Below, piece by piece: positions 30,284 through 41,872 of a DNA stretch of 64,000 nt (the first letter of the stretch is position 1; every line of letters starts with the position of its first letter). Made by a program: the position numbers and the translations under genes. The notes under the pieces are model-generated. The model did no database searches and had not been told where the DNA came from. It saw nothing but the letters and a program-made list of their open reading frames with translations. Origin of the DNA: Sedimentisphaerales bacterium (GTDB lineage: Bacteria; Planctomycetota; Phycisphaerae; Sedimentisphaerales; SM23-30); assembly GCA_963663805.2 (NCBI GenBank), contig CAXXMR010000020.1:1-64000 (forward strand), given 5' to 3'.

Positions 30284-30376
30284 ATCAAACCGTCAGTAGT
30301 TATAGAACACCTGTTGTCCGGGTCGAGGCCGCAGGGGTGTTTCTATTTATGAATTTGTCGGTAGTGAGGTGTTAAA

Positions 30377-30979
30377 ATGCGAAAACATAATGTTATAAAA
30401 TCCGCTCTGGCAGGCGTAACGGTGATGGGTGTTTTTGCGCCCAGCTGGGCATCAGCTTCGGAAGAGGGCGTTGCGCCAAATATTTTCGCGGGCGACCTGG
30501 GAACTTCAGTGTTCACTTTGGCGATATTTATTGTGCTGATGCTGATTTTGGGCAAGTGGGCCTGGCCGCCGATCCTTTCGGCTTTGCAGGAACGCGAAAA
30601 GCATATTCAGTCTGATATAAAGGCGGCTGAAGAAGCACGCATCGAAGCGGCCCAGGCTTTGGAAGGCAACAAAAAGATTCTCGCCGGTGCAGAAAATAAG
30701 GCCCGCGAGATAGTCGAAAACAGCCGTAATGAAGCCCATAAAATAAGCCTGGAAATTAAGACTAAAACGGAACAGGAAGTTCAGACGCTTCGCGACCGTG
30801 CCAAACGTGATATTGAGGACGCTCGCAATCAGGCTTTGCAGGAAATTTATAATCAGACGGCAGATTTGGCTACTGACATTGCCGGTCAGATTATCCAGCG
30901 CAGCCTCAACCCGGACGACCATCGCCGACTGGTGAGTGAATCAATCGAGGCGCTGAGCCGGAAAATTCAGCAGAACTAG
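30377..30979 (+). CDS. atpF: ATP synthase F0 subunit b
   Basis: TM helix plus KWAWPPILSALQERE followed by a long coiled coil. Confidence 0.95.
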   Translation: MRKHNVIKSALAGVTVMGVFAPSWASASEEGVAPNIFAGDLGTSVFTLAIFIVLMLILGKWAWPPILSALQEREKHIQSDIKAAEEARIEAAQALEGNKKILAGAENKAREIVENSRNEAHKISLEIKTKTEQEVQTLRDRAKRDIEDARNQALQEIYNQTADLATDIAGQIIQRSLNPDDHRRLVSESIEALSRKIQQN

Positions 30980-31006
30980 GGAACAGGAACTCAGAGGAAG
31001 TTAAAC

Positions 31007-31615
31007 TTGGCCGACAATAATCGAAATGCTATCGCTCAGGTTTATGCCCAGGCATTGTTTGAGCTGGCTGAGCCTGACAATAAAAGCGAAGAGATTCGTG
31101 AGGAACTGGAACAGTTTAACGAACTGATTCTGCAGGAAAGCGAGTTTTCGATTTTCCTCGATAATCCGGCCATTCCGCGTGAAGCACGCTACGAAACGAT
31201 CAAGAAAATTTTCGGAGATTTTTTAAGCGGGTTGACTCTGGATTTTCTGGGCGTGCTAAATCGCAAAGGTAGACTGGGGTTGCTGCCGGAGACAACATTA
31301 ACTTACGGCAAGATATGCGATAAAGCCCTGGGATTTGTCGAAGGGACCGTTACGACGGCAATAGAGCTTCCCGATGAGGAAATTCAGAAACTAGCTGAAG
31401 ACACCGGCAAATCGATGGGCAGGAAAGTCAAACTGACCGCACTCTGCGATCCGGCGATTATCGGCGGCATGATATTGAATGTCGAAGGAACGCTGCTGGA
31501 TACCTCCGTGCGACAAAGCCTGCGGAATATTAACCGCAAACTCAAACACAAAAACAAGCAGTTAAAAGTTGTTGCGGAATATTTTTCGCTCCGACCAACA
31601 GTTTATAAAGGTTGA
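31007..31615 (+). CDS. atpH: ATP synthase F1 subunit delta
   Basis: IAQVYAQALFELA, VTTAIEL, DPAIIGGMIL...LDTSV. Confidence 0.95.
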   Translation: MADNNRNAIAQVYAQALFELAEPDNKSEEIREELEQFNELILQESEFSIFLDNPAIPREARYETIKKIFGDFLSGLTLDFLGVLNRKGRLGLLPETTLTYGKICDKALGFVEGTVTTAIELPDEEIQKLAEDTGKSMGRKVKLTALCDPAIIGGMILNVEGTLLDTSVRQSLRNINRKLKHKNKQLKVVAEYFSLRPTVYKG

Positions 31616-31627
31616 AAGAGGCCTGAA

Positions 31628-33142
31628 ATGAAATTCAAAGTTGAAGAAATCACCAGTGTAATTAAACAGGAAATCGCTCAGTTTCGCAGTGAGCTGGACG
31701 TTTCCGAAGTTGGCCGGGTGCTGGAAGTCGGCGACGGTATCGCTCAGATTTACGGGCTGAGCAATGCCATGGCCGGCGAAATGCTGCTGTTTGAAAGCGG
31801 GGTTTACGGTCAGGTGTTTAACCTTGAGGAAAGCTCCATTGGTGCGGTTATCTACGGCGATTACCTCACTATCAAAGAAGGTGACGAAGTGCGTTCGACG
31901 GGCTCTCTGCTGGACGTGCCGGTCGGTCGTGAACTTCTGGGGCGGGTAGTTAATCCGCTGGGTGAGCCGGTCGACGGCAAAGGGCCTATCAATACCGAAA
32001 AACGCCGCCCGTTAGAATTTGCCGCGCCCGGCATCGCCGACAGGCAGCCGGTGAGTCAGCCCCTCCAGACCGGTATCAAGGCTATTGATTCGATGGTACC
32101 TATTGGCAGAGGTCAGCGTGAGCTGATTATTGGGGACAGGAAGACCGGCAAGACCGCCGTCGCACTTGATACGATTATCAACCAAAAAGGCAAGGACGTT
32201 GTTTGCGTCTACGTCGCCATCGGCCAGAAAGAATCCACCGTTTCGGGCGTCATGGAGATTCTCGAAAAACACGGTGCTATGGAATATACCATCATCGTCA
32301 CCGCTTCGGCGGCTGAACCGGCACCGTTGCAATATATTGCCGCCTATGCGGGCACGGCCATGGCGGAATACTTCATGTATGAGGAAAAGGGGCACGCTCT
32401 TTGTGTTTATGACGACCTTACCAAACAGGCCCAGGCCTATCGCCAGCTCTCGCTACTGCTGCGTCGTCCGCCGGGTCGTGAGGCTTATCCGGGCGATGTG
32501 TTTTATCTGCACAGCCGCCTGCTGGAACGTGCGGTTAAACTTTCCGATGGACTAGGGGCTGGTTCACTGACGGCGCTGCCCATCGTGGAAACGTTGGAAG
32601 GTGAAGTATCGGCATATATTCCCACGAACGTTATTTCGATTACAGATGGTCAGATTTATCTGCGGCCTGACCTGTTTTTCGCAGGTGTGCGACCGGCGAT
32701 TGATGTTGGTATTAGTGTAAGTCGCGTGGGCGGCAAGGCCCAGACCCCAGCGATGAAAGGTATTGCCGGACGATTAAGGCTGGACCTGGCGATGTTCCGC
32801 GAACTGGAAGCGTTCGCCCAGCTTGGCACCGACCTGGACGAAGCGACTCAGGCTCAGCTCGACCGCGGTAAAAGAATGGTTGAACTGCTCAAACAGCCGC
32901 AGTATCAGCCGATGACCGTCAATGACCAGGTTGTTAGCATTTTCGCGGGTTCGAAAGGGATACTCGATAAAATCGGGCTCCACCAGATTTCCGATTTTGA
33001 AGCAAAGCTGCTGGCTATGCTCAAAGAAAAACACGCCGACCTGCTGGAAGACATCGAACGTGACGGAAAAATTTCAACCGAACTGGAAAACAAACTGCTC
33101 GAAGTGATGCACACCTTCGTTGATGGATACAACAAGGAATAA
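31628..33142 (+). CDS. atpA: ATP synthase F1 subunit alpha
   Basis: [40 protein letters not shown]. Confidence 0.99.
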   Translation: MKFKVEEITSVIKQEIAQFRSELDVSEVGRVLEVGDGIAQIYGLSNAMAGEMLLFESGVYGQVFNLEESSIGAVIYGDYLTIKEGDEVRSTGSLLDVPVGRELLGRVVNPLGEPVDGKGPINTEKRRPLEFAAPGIADRQPVSQPLQTGIKAIDSMVPIGRGQRELIIGDRKTGKTAVALDTIINQKGKDVVCVYVAIGQKESTVSGVMEILEKHGAMEYTIIVTASAAEPAPLQYIAAYAGTAMAEYFMYEEKGHALCVYDDLTKQAQAYRQLSLLLRRPPGREAYPGDVFYLHSRLLERAVKLSDGLGAGSLTALPIVETLEGEVSAYIPTNVISITDGQIYLRPDLFFAGVRPAIDVGISVSRVGGKAQTPAMKGIAGRLRLDLAMFRELEAFAQLGTDLDEATQAQLDRGKRMVELLKQPQYQPMTVNDQVVSIFAGSKGILDKIGLHQISDFEAKLLAMLKEKHADLLEDIERDGKISTELENKLLEVMHTFVDGYNKE

Positions 33143-33165
33143 TTCCGAGATACCGGTAATAATAT

Positions 33166-34053
33166 ATGGCCAACGTAAGAGAAATTGTCAGACGCCGCAA
33201 GTCAATCCAGAACATCGTTAAGATTACCCGTACGATGGAAATGATTGCTACGGCCCGCTTTCGTCAAGCCCAGGATCAGCTCCGCAGCGCCGAACCTTAC
33301 TACCGCGCGGTTATCCAGTTAGTTTCCGATTTGATTCAGGGCAGCCGTATTGTCGAACATCCCTTACAGATGAACAACGAAAACGTTGACCGCACTATTA
33401 TTCTGGCCCTGACCAGCAACCGTGGACTCTGCGGCGGTTTTAACGGGAATGTGATTCGCCTTACCAATGAAAATCTTAAAGAACTTCGTCGCGAAAACCA
33501 CAAAACAGATCTGCGTGTCTCCGGCAAAAAAGGTATCGCCCGCTTTCGGTTCTTACAGCAAAGAATGACCGCCAGCTACACTGGTTTTGATGAAAAAACC
33601 ACCTTTGCGGACGTCGAGAGATTAGCCAACGAGTTGATGCTGCTCTATTCCCAGCGACGAATAAGCACTGCTAAAATTGTATATACGCGATTTTATTCCG
33701 CGGGAGTTCATCGGGCAGAAGTCAAAACCCTGCTGCCCCTGCAAACATTAGCTAAAGAAGAGCGTCATCCTTTGGCTGGCCGTAAAGTACCTTTTGAAGA
33801 ATACGAATTTTTCCCATCAGCCCACCAGATTGTTGATGAACTCATCCCCACTGCTGTTAGAGTCACCCTTTACGACTGCTTCCTGAACAGCCTCGCCAGC
33901 GAACAAGCCGCTCGGATGGCGGCGATGCAGGCGGCCAGCGATAACGGCGGTCAAATGATCGACGCTCTGACCCGCAGCTATAACAGACTGCGGCAGGGAC
34001 AAATCACCGGCGAACTGCTCGACATCATCGGGGGTGTCGAAGCCCTGAAATAA
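33166..34053 (+). CDS. atpG: ATP synthase F1 subunit gamma
   Basis: KITRTMEMIA, SNRGLCGGFN, SEQAARMAAM, RQGQITGEL. Confidence 0.97.
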   Translation: MANVREIVRRRKSIQNIVKITRTMEMIATARFRQAQDQLRSAEPYYRAVIQLVSDLIQGSRIVEHPLQMNNENVDRTIILALTSNRGLCGGFNGNVIRLTNENLKELRRENHKTDLRVSGKKGIARFRFLQQRMTASYTGFDEKTTFADVERLANELMLLYSQRRISTAKIVYTRFYSAGVHRAEVKTLLPLQTLAKEERHPLAGRKVPFEEYEFFPSAHQIVDELIPTAVRVTLYDCFLNSLASEQAARMAAMQAASDNGGQMIDALTRSYNRLRQGQITGELLDIIGGVEALK

Positions 34054-34143
34054 AACGGAAAATAGCTCGCGAAAATTGAACCGTGGGTTTGTGTAAACTA
34101 AGCTTAATTATGTAATCCGTTGCCCAATGGAGTACCATTATAA

Positions 34144-35580
<1,437 letters not shown>

Positions 35581-35594
35581 TTGGAACATTCGCC

Positions 35595-36014
35595 ATGACT
35601 GACTACAGCAAAAGCATGAAATTCAGCCTCATCACCCCTGATGAGCATTTCATCGAGACCAAGATAACCCAGCTCAAGATTCCCGCCCACGACGGCCTGC
35701 TGGGTATCTGGCCCGGCCATTCGTCATTGCTCTGCCAGCTCAATCCCGGCCTGCTCTATTATCAGGATGCCCTGCTGGATGAATACCTGTTCTTCGTCGA
35801 TAACGGCTTCGCCCATGTCTGCGACGATGAAATCATGATTCTCACCCGCATGGTAATGACCTCCGAAGACATCCTCATCTCCGAAGCCGAGGAAATGTTG
35901 CTCGAAGCACAAATCCTTCCCATGAACACCGCCGGCCTGGTAGAATCACGCACTACCGCCATCCATCGCGCCCGCGAACTAATCAAACTCGCCAAAATGA
36001 GGCCCAAACAGTAG
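35595..36014 (+). CDS. atpC: ATP synthase F1 subunit epsilon
   Basis: LITPD...IPAHDGLLGIWPGH...VDNGFAHV; last gene of the operon. Confidence 0.92.
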   Translation: MTDYSKSMKFSLITPDEHFIETKITQLKIPAHDGLLGIWPGHSSLLCQLNPGLLYYQDALLDEYLFFVDNGFAHVCDDEIMILTRMVMTSEDILISEAEEMLLEAQILPMNTAGLVESRTTAIHRARELIKLAKMRPKQ

Positions 36015-36138
36015 TACCCCCCTTTATCTTTAACCGCGTTATAATGTTGACTGAAAACAGGGCAAAGCGGACCTGTCCCGTAATATCTTCAACTCGCCCG
36101 GCGTTTGAGCCGATCTACCCAGCAGCCCGGCAAACCCG

Positions 36139-36283
36139 CTCAGAAACAAAGCAAGTCTACTCAGAAACTAAGCAAGTTTACTTAGGGGCAAAGTCAATTT
36201 ACTTAGAGGCAAAGTAAATCTACTTAGGGGCAAAGTAAATTTACTTAGGAGCAAAGTCAATTTACTTGAGAGCAAAGTAGATT
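36139..36283. repeat. 21-bp tandem repeat, about 7 units, with a palindromic core
   Basis: Units such as CTTAGGGGCAAAGTCAATTTA / CTTAGAGGCAAAGTAAATCTA / CTTAGGGGCAAAGTAAATTTA. Perfect palindrome AAGTAAATTTACTT at 36233-36246. Confidence 0.9.
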
Positions 36284-36355
36284 GGAGTTATCGGTCAGTA
36301 AGTTTCCGGCCAAGTACACCTTGGCTGACAATTGGTGGATTGCGGTTGGGGCGGG

Positions 36356-37882
36356 TTAATTTTGCGGGGTTTTCCAGTTGGCGGGCAGGAGGGTGTCGAT
36401 TTGGTTGGCGCCGGTGGTGGAGATTTTTCTGAGGACATAATTGAAATACGCGAATGGGTCGTGATTGTGGAGTTTGCAGCCGGCGACCAGGCTGTAGATT
36501 ATGGCGGCGCGTTCGGCTCCAGCTTCGCTGCCGGCGAACATATAATTTTTTCGGCCAATGACTACCATTCTCAGCGTTCGTTCCGAAAGATTATTATCGA
36601 TGCTCAGCCGTGGGTCGCTGGTATAGCGGACCAGGGCATCCCACTGGTTCAGGGCGTAGGTGACGGCTTTGCCCATATTATTTTTAGGCAGAACCTGTCC
36701 CTGATACTCATCCAGCTTCGCCCGGATTTCGGCAAAGATCGGCAGGGCTTCTTCCTGGCGGGCTTGCAAAAGTTGCTCCGGCGAATATTTTTCCGCTTTT
36801 GCCCGTCGCTCGATTTCATAAAGCTTACCCCAGAGCACCATAAAATGTGCCGCCCGCACCGGGTCGCTGTCTAAAGCGTATTCAAACTTCCGCCGCGCAT
36901 GCGCATTACAAGCCACCTCAACGGCATCGGTAGCCCGAAACAGTTCATCATAGCCGCTATAAGCATCTGCATGCACAAAACCCTGATAATCTCTGCCGAT
37001 AAAATTTAGCGGACCTTCGCGCGAACGCGTCGGCGTAAAATCAAACGCCACATTATAATCAGTATCGATATAAACCCACAAATAGCCCTTATACGTGGAT
37101 CCTTTACGGTTTTTGCTCTTGATGGGGATGGAGGTATCATCGGTATAAATGATTTCCGACTGCTGAATCTTCTCCCGCATACGTTTGACCAGCGGCTCCA
37201 GCAGTTCAGCGCAACTGCCCACCCAGTCGCACATGGTTGAGACGTTGATTTCCACGCCGTGCCGCTTAATAATACCTTCCAGACGGTTCAACGGCTGGTG
37301 GTCCGCATACTTGCTCGTTATGATATACGCCAGCAAACCTTCAGCGGGAATGCCTTTGTCGATCGCCATGGGCGGCAGTTCGCCAATCGAGATATTATTC
37401 TCGCAAACCTTGCAGGCGTATTTGCTTCTGACATAACGCTGAACATAAAAAGATGCGGGCACATAATCCAGCTTTTCGGTTACTTCCTCGCCGATACGTT
37501 CTTTTTCGTTATGGCATACCGGGCAGGTTTTTTCTTCTTCGGCAGGTTCAATGTCGATAGTTTCGCGGCGCAAATTTTCCGGCAGCGGCTTGCGGCCTTG
37601 ATGATTAGCATTCTTACGGCCTTTGACAACCTTGGCGCGTGAGGGCTTCTGCTGTTCAATCTTCTGTTGAACTTCCTCGTAAAGATTTTCAAACAACAAA
37701 CGCTGAGCCGGATCGAGCTTTTCGCTTTTCTTGCCGAACAACTGCCGCTTGAGATAATACAACTGGCCGCTGAGATCATCAATCTGACCCAACAGCGTCA
37801 GAACCATCTCTTTAAGAGTGGCAACATCATCGGGAAGCTGCTCGACAGAGCTTTGAGCGGTTATCTTTTCAGCCATCATCAA
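36356..37882 (-). CDS. tnpC: IS66 DDE transposase TnpC
   Basis: LFGKKSEK leucine zipper, CPVC/CKVC Zn finger, YTDDT, DAYSGY, CNAHARRKF, IDNNLSERTLR. Confidence 0.96.
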   Translation of the reverse strand: MMMAEKITAQSSVEQLPDDVATLKEMVLTLLGQIDDLSGQLYYLKRQLFGKKSEKLDPAQRLLFENLYEEVQQKIEQQKPSRAKVVKGRKNANHQGRKPLPENLRRETIDIEPAEEEKTCPVCHNEKERIGEEVTEKLDYVPASFYVQRYVRSKYACKVCENNISIGELPPMAIDKGIPAEGLLAYIITSKYADHQPLNRLEGIIKRHGVEINVSTMCDWVGSCAELLEPLVKRMREKIQQSEIIYTDDTSIPIKSKNRKGSTYKGYLWVYIDTDYNVAFDFTPTRSREGPLNFIGRDYQGFVHADAYSGYDELFRATDAVEVACNAHARRKFEYALDSDPVRAAHFMVLWGKLYEIERRAKAEKYSPEQLLQARQEEALPIFAEIRAKLDEYQGQVLPKNNMGKAVTYALNQWDALVRYTSDPRLSIDNNLSERTLRMVVIGRKNYMFAGSEAGAERAAIIYSLVAGCKLHNHDPFAYFNYVLRKISTTGANQIDTLLPANWKTPQN

Positions 37883-37995
37883 TCCGTAACGTTTAGTAAC
37901 TTCGTCATCCTTAACGATGAGATTATGATAAGCGAAATGATGAAAAAAGCAAGCATAAAAATGAGAAAATATGTAATATTCTTAACTCTAAGAGC

Positions 37996-38355
37996 CTATA
38001 GCGAGCTTTTACGCTCATAGCGTTTTCGGCGGCGACTGCGAAATAAATCAATGCCTTCCAGTATCCAGCTTAGCTTGGCAATATCAACTTCGATTGATGC
38101 CTGATTATTTTTGCCGGGGATTTTTTCAAACGTGCCTTCCTCCAGCCGCTTATACCAAACGACGAATCCGGTGCGGTCCCAGAAAAGAATCTTACATTTG
38201 TCGCCGCGTTTATTGAAGAACACAAACAGATGGCCGCTGAACGAATCTTGAAGCATGAAGTTTTCCGCCAGCATCGAAAGCTTGTTAAAACCGCAACGCA
38301 TATCCGTCGGCTGAGAGTAAATGAAAATCTTCACCGCCGGGGGCAGAGTTAGCAT
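37996..38355 (-). CDS. tnpB: IS66 accessory protein TnpB (Orf2)
   Basis: PTDMRCGFNKL...LFVFFNKRGDKCKILFWDRTGFVVWYKRLEEGTF. Confidence 0.95.
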   Translation of the reverse strand: MLTLPPAVKIFIYSQPTDMRCGFNKLSMLAENFMLQDSFSGHLFVFFNKRGDKCKILFWDRTGFVVWYKRLEEGTFEKIPGKNNQASIEVDIAKLSWILEGIDLFRSRRRKRYERKSSL

Positions 38356-38699
38356 AGCTTTGCCTGTTTTAGCGCGGAAAGAACGCCGGTTAAAAATGCA
38401 TCGTCGATATTTGAAGGTATCCGCAATGTATGGCCAGCCGCCAGAACAAGCTCCAGAGAACCGGGCTGGGACGGGGGCATCGAAACGCGAATGAAGGCCT
38501 CCGGCTGCGCCTCTGACTTGCTGTCGTAATCAGAGTTTCGGGCTTGGGTCAGACGCCTGCGCCAGGAATAAAAAGATGGCTCAGATAAACCTTCCTGCCG
38601 ACAAAACTGACGAACGGATAACCCACTGGATTGAAATGTCTCCAGCACCATCCGCCAAAACTGCCGCTGTTCCGTATCAGATTTTCGCGCTTTGCCCAT
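38349..38699 (-). CDS. tnpA: IS66 accessory protein TnpA (HTH)
   Basis: W...SGLSVRQFCRQEGLSEPSFYSWRRRL; overlaps the tnpB start. Confidence 0.93.
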   Translation of the reverse strand: MGKARKSDTEQRQFWRMVLETFQSSGLSVRQFCRQEGLSEPSFYSWRRRLTQARNSDYDSKSEAQPEAFIRVSMPPSQPGSLELVLAAGHTLRIPSNIDDAFLTGVLSALKQAKLC

Positions 38700-39007
38700 G
38701 ATTGCCTCTCCATTAAATCATGAGCCGTATTATCAATTTTTCAAAGAACCCCGCAAGATGCACTTGGCCGGAACCTTACATCGGTCAGCATGTCGATATC
38801 AGTATTTTGCAAGCCTGTTTTATAAGACTTGCAGTTAGAAATCAGACATCAGCGGTCAGATATCAGTTATAAGACTTTAATAATATCTTTTTGACAGGAT
38901 GTACAGGATTTATAAGATTTAGCTGGCCTGGCCAGGCCAAACCTCCACTCCTGCCTCTAGCCTTCCTTTTAAGAAGAAATAAATGTATCGGACACAGTTT
39001 CCGTTTC

Positions 39008-41872
39008 CTAAAGCAATTCGCCAAAGTCCGTATAGCCACGACGTCCAAAATAATCTATCAGGGATCGGGCCTTATCGTGAACTTCACCTGTCACTTTAAT
39101 CGCCTTCCCCAAAATTATCTTTGCCGAATCACGATAACTGTATATGTGCCAGCCTTCTTTGTCGCCTCGTACAATTATATCAAGTATTTGAACTGACTTG
39201 AGCATATCCACATCTACTATTTCTACCAGCTTATCAAGAATAGGGCGGTCGGATTCTGGTGTTGGAACGATCTCGACAAATTGCTTAAAACGATCCAATA
39301 TCCATTCTGACGGGAATTGCCCGCATGTGAACCATGTTCCAAACATCCACGCATGATGCTCCTCTTTGGCATCATCTTTGCCTGATACTTGCCAGTAAAA
39401 ATCCCACAATTCCATGAATCGCTCAGAGATTTCACAAGGAAGATCCTTTTCGCCCTCTAAGCTTTGTCCTATAAATTCAATCGCATGACGACGAATTTTG
39501 GAATTTGCCTTCTCAAGAAAGGTTCTTAATAGTCCGTTATCATCATCTAACCCGAGTTGTCCCCGACCATAAAGGAGCATCAAATGCTCACCAAGATGAT
39601 ACATGGGTTGTTCGGAAGTATCCTCTGCCAATTCAACTTTTGTTGCCTGTTTGACGGTATAGGCGAACTGGTGTTTAAATAATCGATAGAATTCGATGTG
39701 TGGTCTTACCCATATCAAAAAGGCGTTCCATGCCGCCCACCCTTCGGCGATGGATAGTGTTTGTTCAATCCCCCTCAATTGAAAGATGTTTTCTGTATTT
39801 TTGGACAACCAGTCTCTATCTATCCAGTAAAGTAAGCTAATTTTTGAGCCAATTACCGACATGACCTCGAAACATCTATTCGATGATTCTATCTGTTTTT
39901 TCAGCATATCTCGAACTTCCGGCATGGCATTGAAACCATTGGGGATAATTTCTCGTTTGCCATTTGTTTCTTTAATATGATTGGCTATCCATCGAGCATA
40001 TTCCAATGCAGCATCAACCGCTTTTCCGCGGGGTGAATTAATGCCGAGATTGAGATAATCATGGATACGAGGATCATCTTGGGATGTATCATATACTATA
40101 TAAGACTCATTTCGATCAAGGCAAAGTGACTGGAGCAGTTTCCAGATGGATTCTCGAATCCCATCCATAGAATATCTTGGTGCTTCACCCTGTTTAGCCT
40201 TGCATATATTTTCTATGAATCGGGTAATTTCATCCCGAGCCCACTGCCAGCCTCTATCAACTAACATTTCATCATCTTGTTCAACTGTCGTATGTTGTTC
40301 AATAGGCTGTTCCATAATCCATTGACATAGATCAAGAATGGCAGATAAATTAACATTGTGCTCATTCTTGACTGCCTCACTCATCTGATTAAGGAATTTG
40401 CGAACAAAAATAGCAGGCTGATTAATTAGAACCTTAGCATCATTCGAAAAAAGTTCGGGATTAGTAGCGATATATTCCCCAAAAGTTGCGGCAAGGCCTT
40501 CGATGTTCGGCCCCATGAATTGTGATGTTTCCGGTTGCCATGAAGAAACCTTGTTCACTATCTGCTCAAAAGTCAGACCTTTAAAATCTTCAGCCGTCAT
40601 TGGACTCTCGTCTCCCCAGCGAACAGGTCCCGAATAGATATTCATGTCTGCTAGTTGAGGCTCACCCTGTTCCAAGAGCATTTGTTCATAGAATCTCAGC
40701 TTTTCTCCTTTTAGATGTGTTCTTACCAGGTGTAGTTTTTCGAATTTCCAGTTGTTTATTCTGTCTTGTCGGTCCTGTTCGGTTGCATCTCGCCCCAGGT
40801 GAACTTTAATGCTTTCGTCAAAATCAGACATATCCGGTCCGGCATCGATCCAACCAAACCATTTGTCTTGTTCCTCCGGCAAAAGAAGGTTCAGGCGTTG
40901 GCCTATCAGCATCGCATATTCATGTTTGAATCTATGACTGTCAAAGAATTTATGATTAAGCATCTCTTTGCGAGCCAAATTAGGATTTTGCTCAGCGAAC
41001 TGGTTAATGAGATGAAGCCTTAATCGTTTAAAAATAAGATAGGTATAAAAATCAAGTATCTCAAGAGCCTTATCAAGAGAGATACTTTTGCTTTGAATAG
41101 CCTTTTCAAAACCATTTCTAACAAATCCTACCATTACGCCCGAGAAATCTCGGTCACGATTTTGTTCGTGTTCCTCAATGGCAGGCCGCCAGACATATGA
41201 GGAATCCCAACCTGTGTCCGGTTTAACATGTTTTTGAGCGTCAATTGAAACCTTAAGCCAGTTACATAATTCTGGCAGGAACTCTTGTGGTTTCTTCTCC
41301 GCAAGCAAAGGAGCTATTTTCTTCAATCCCTCCTTGTACCAAAAATCATTACGTTGATCAGTTCCTTTTTTTTCCTCCTCGAATACCGGTGTGAATAACG
41401 CCTCTGCCAACTCCATTGCGGCATCAATTTCACTTCCTTTAGCCAATTTCAGGCACAAGTTACTTGCGCCTTTAAAGTTTATCCATAATAGATCGTTTCT
41501 GGCAGCTTGACATATCTTCGGAACTAGCCTGATTGCCACTTCAGTGGGCATGGCTAAAGCCGCATCCAGCATATCACCTATAATCGATGGATTATCAGTT
41601 TCAATGCTTGAAAAAATTCTTGCTACTTCATCGGGGGCTTTGGTGGCCATACGCACTAGGTAGCCTGAAACGGGCCATCGAGGAAAATGAGTACCTCCTC
41701 CTTTAACCAGTTCTGCTTTAGGTGGGTATTTAAAAACATTAAGGTCATCTAATGGCTTAATCCATAGAGGATTCTCTAGACGCGAAAAAAAATAAATCTC
41801 GTGCTGTGGCGAGCTTAACATTGGTATAGTAGCATTGACTTGCTTATTGGTTGGCTTGATATAGGATTTCAT
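39008..41872 (-). CDS. Large (954 aa) alpha-helical hypothetical protein; candidate defence-system sensor
   Basis: AT-rich ORF, Trp-rich helical character, no signal peptide or clear NTPase motif. The likely start MKSYIKPT (ATG 41872) overlaps the 3' end of the upstream gene. The called extension to 42049 lies wholly inside that gene. Confidence 0.8.
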   Translation of the reverse strand: MKSYIKPTNKQVNATIPMLSSPQHEIYFFSRLENPLWIKPLDDLNVFKYPPKAELVKGGGTHFPRWPVSGYLVRMATKAPDEVARIFSSIETDNPSIIGDMLDAALAMPTEVAIRLVPKICQAARNDLLWINFKGASNLCLKLAKGSEIDAAMELAEALFTPVFEEEKKGTDQRNDFWYKEGLKKIAPLLAEKKPQEFLPELCNWLKVSIDAQKHVKPDTGWDSSYVWRPAIEEHEQNRDRDFSGVMVGFVRNGFEKAIQSKSISLDKALEILDFYTYLIFKRLRLHLINQFAEQNPNLARKEMLNHKFFDSHRFKHEYAMLIGQRLNLLLPEEQDKWFGWIDAGPDMSDFDESIKVHLGRDATEQDRQDRINNWKFEKLHLVRTHLKGEKLRFYEQMLLEQGEPQLADMNIYSGPVRWGDESPMTAEDFKGLTFEQIVNKVSSWQPETSQFMGPNIEGLAATFGEYIATNPELFSNDAKVLINQPAIFVRKFLNQMSEAVKNEHNVNLSAILDLCQWIMEQPIEQHTTVEQDDEMLVDRGWQWARDEITRFIENICKAKQGEAPRYSMDGIRESIWKLLQSLCLDRNESYIVYDTSQDDPRIHDYLNLGINSPRGKAVDAALEYARWIANHIKETNGKREIIPNGFNAMPEVRDMLKKQIESSNRCFEVMSVIGSKISLLYWIDRDWLSKNTENIFQLRGIEQTLSIAEGWAAWNAFLIWVRPHIEFYRLFKHQFAYTVKQATKVELAEDTSEQPMYHLGEHLMLLYGRGQLGLDDDNGLLRTFLEKANSKIRRHAIEFIGQSLEGEKDLPCEISERFMELWDFYWQVSGKDDAKEEHHAWMFGTWFTCGQFPSEWILDRFKQFVEIVPTPESDRPILDKLVEIVDVDMLKSVQILDIIVRGDKEGWHIYSYRDSAKIILGKAIKVTGEVHDKARSLIDYFGRRGYTDFGELL

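Larger units (their letters stand above)
36298..38779 (-). mobile_element. IS66-family insertion sequence (tnpA-tnpB-tnpC), 2482 bp
   Basis: Terminal IRs GTAAGTTTCCGGCCAAGTACACCTTG / GTAAGGTTCCGGCCAAGTGCATCTTG; 8-bp target duplication ATCGGTCA at 36290-36297 and 38780-38787. Confidence 0.97.

Noticed and set aside
36139..36283. Possible CRISPR array
   Set aside because: The period is only 21 bp with 7-bp near-identical linkers, there are no unique spacers, and no cas genes are nearby.
37996..38355. TnpB as an RNA-guided nuclease
   Set aside because: This is the 119-aa IS66 Orf2 accessory protein, unrelated to IS200/IS605 TnpB; it has no RuvC motifs.
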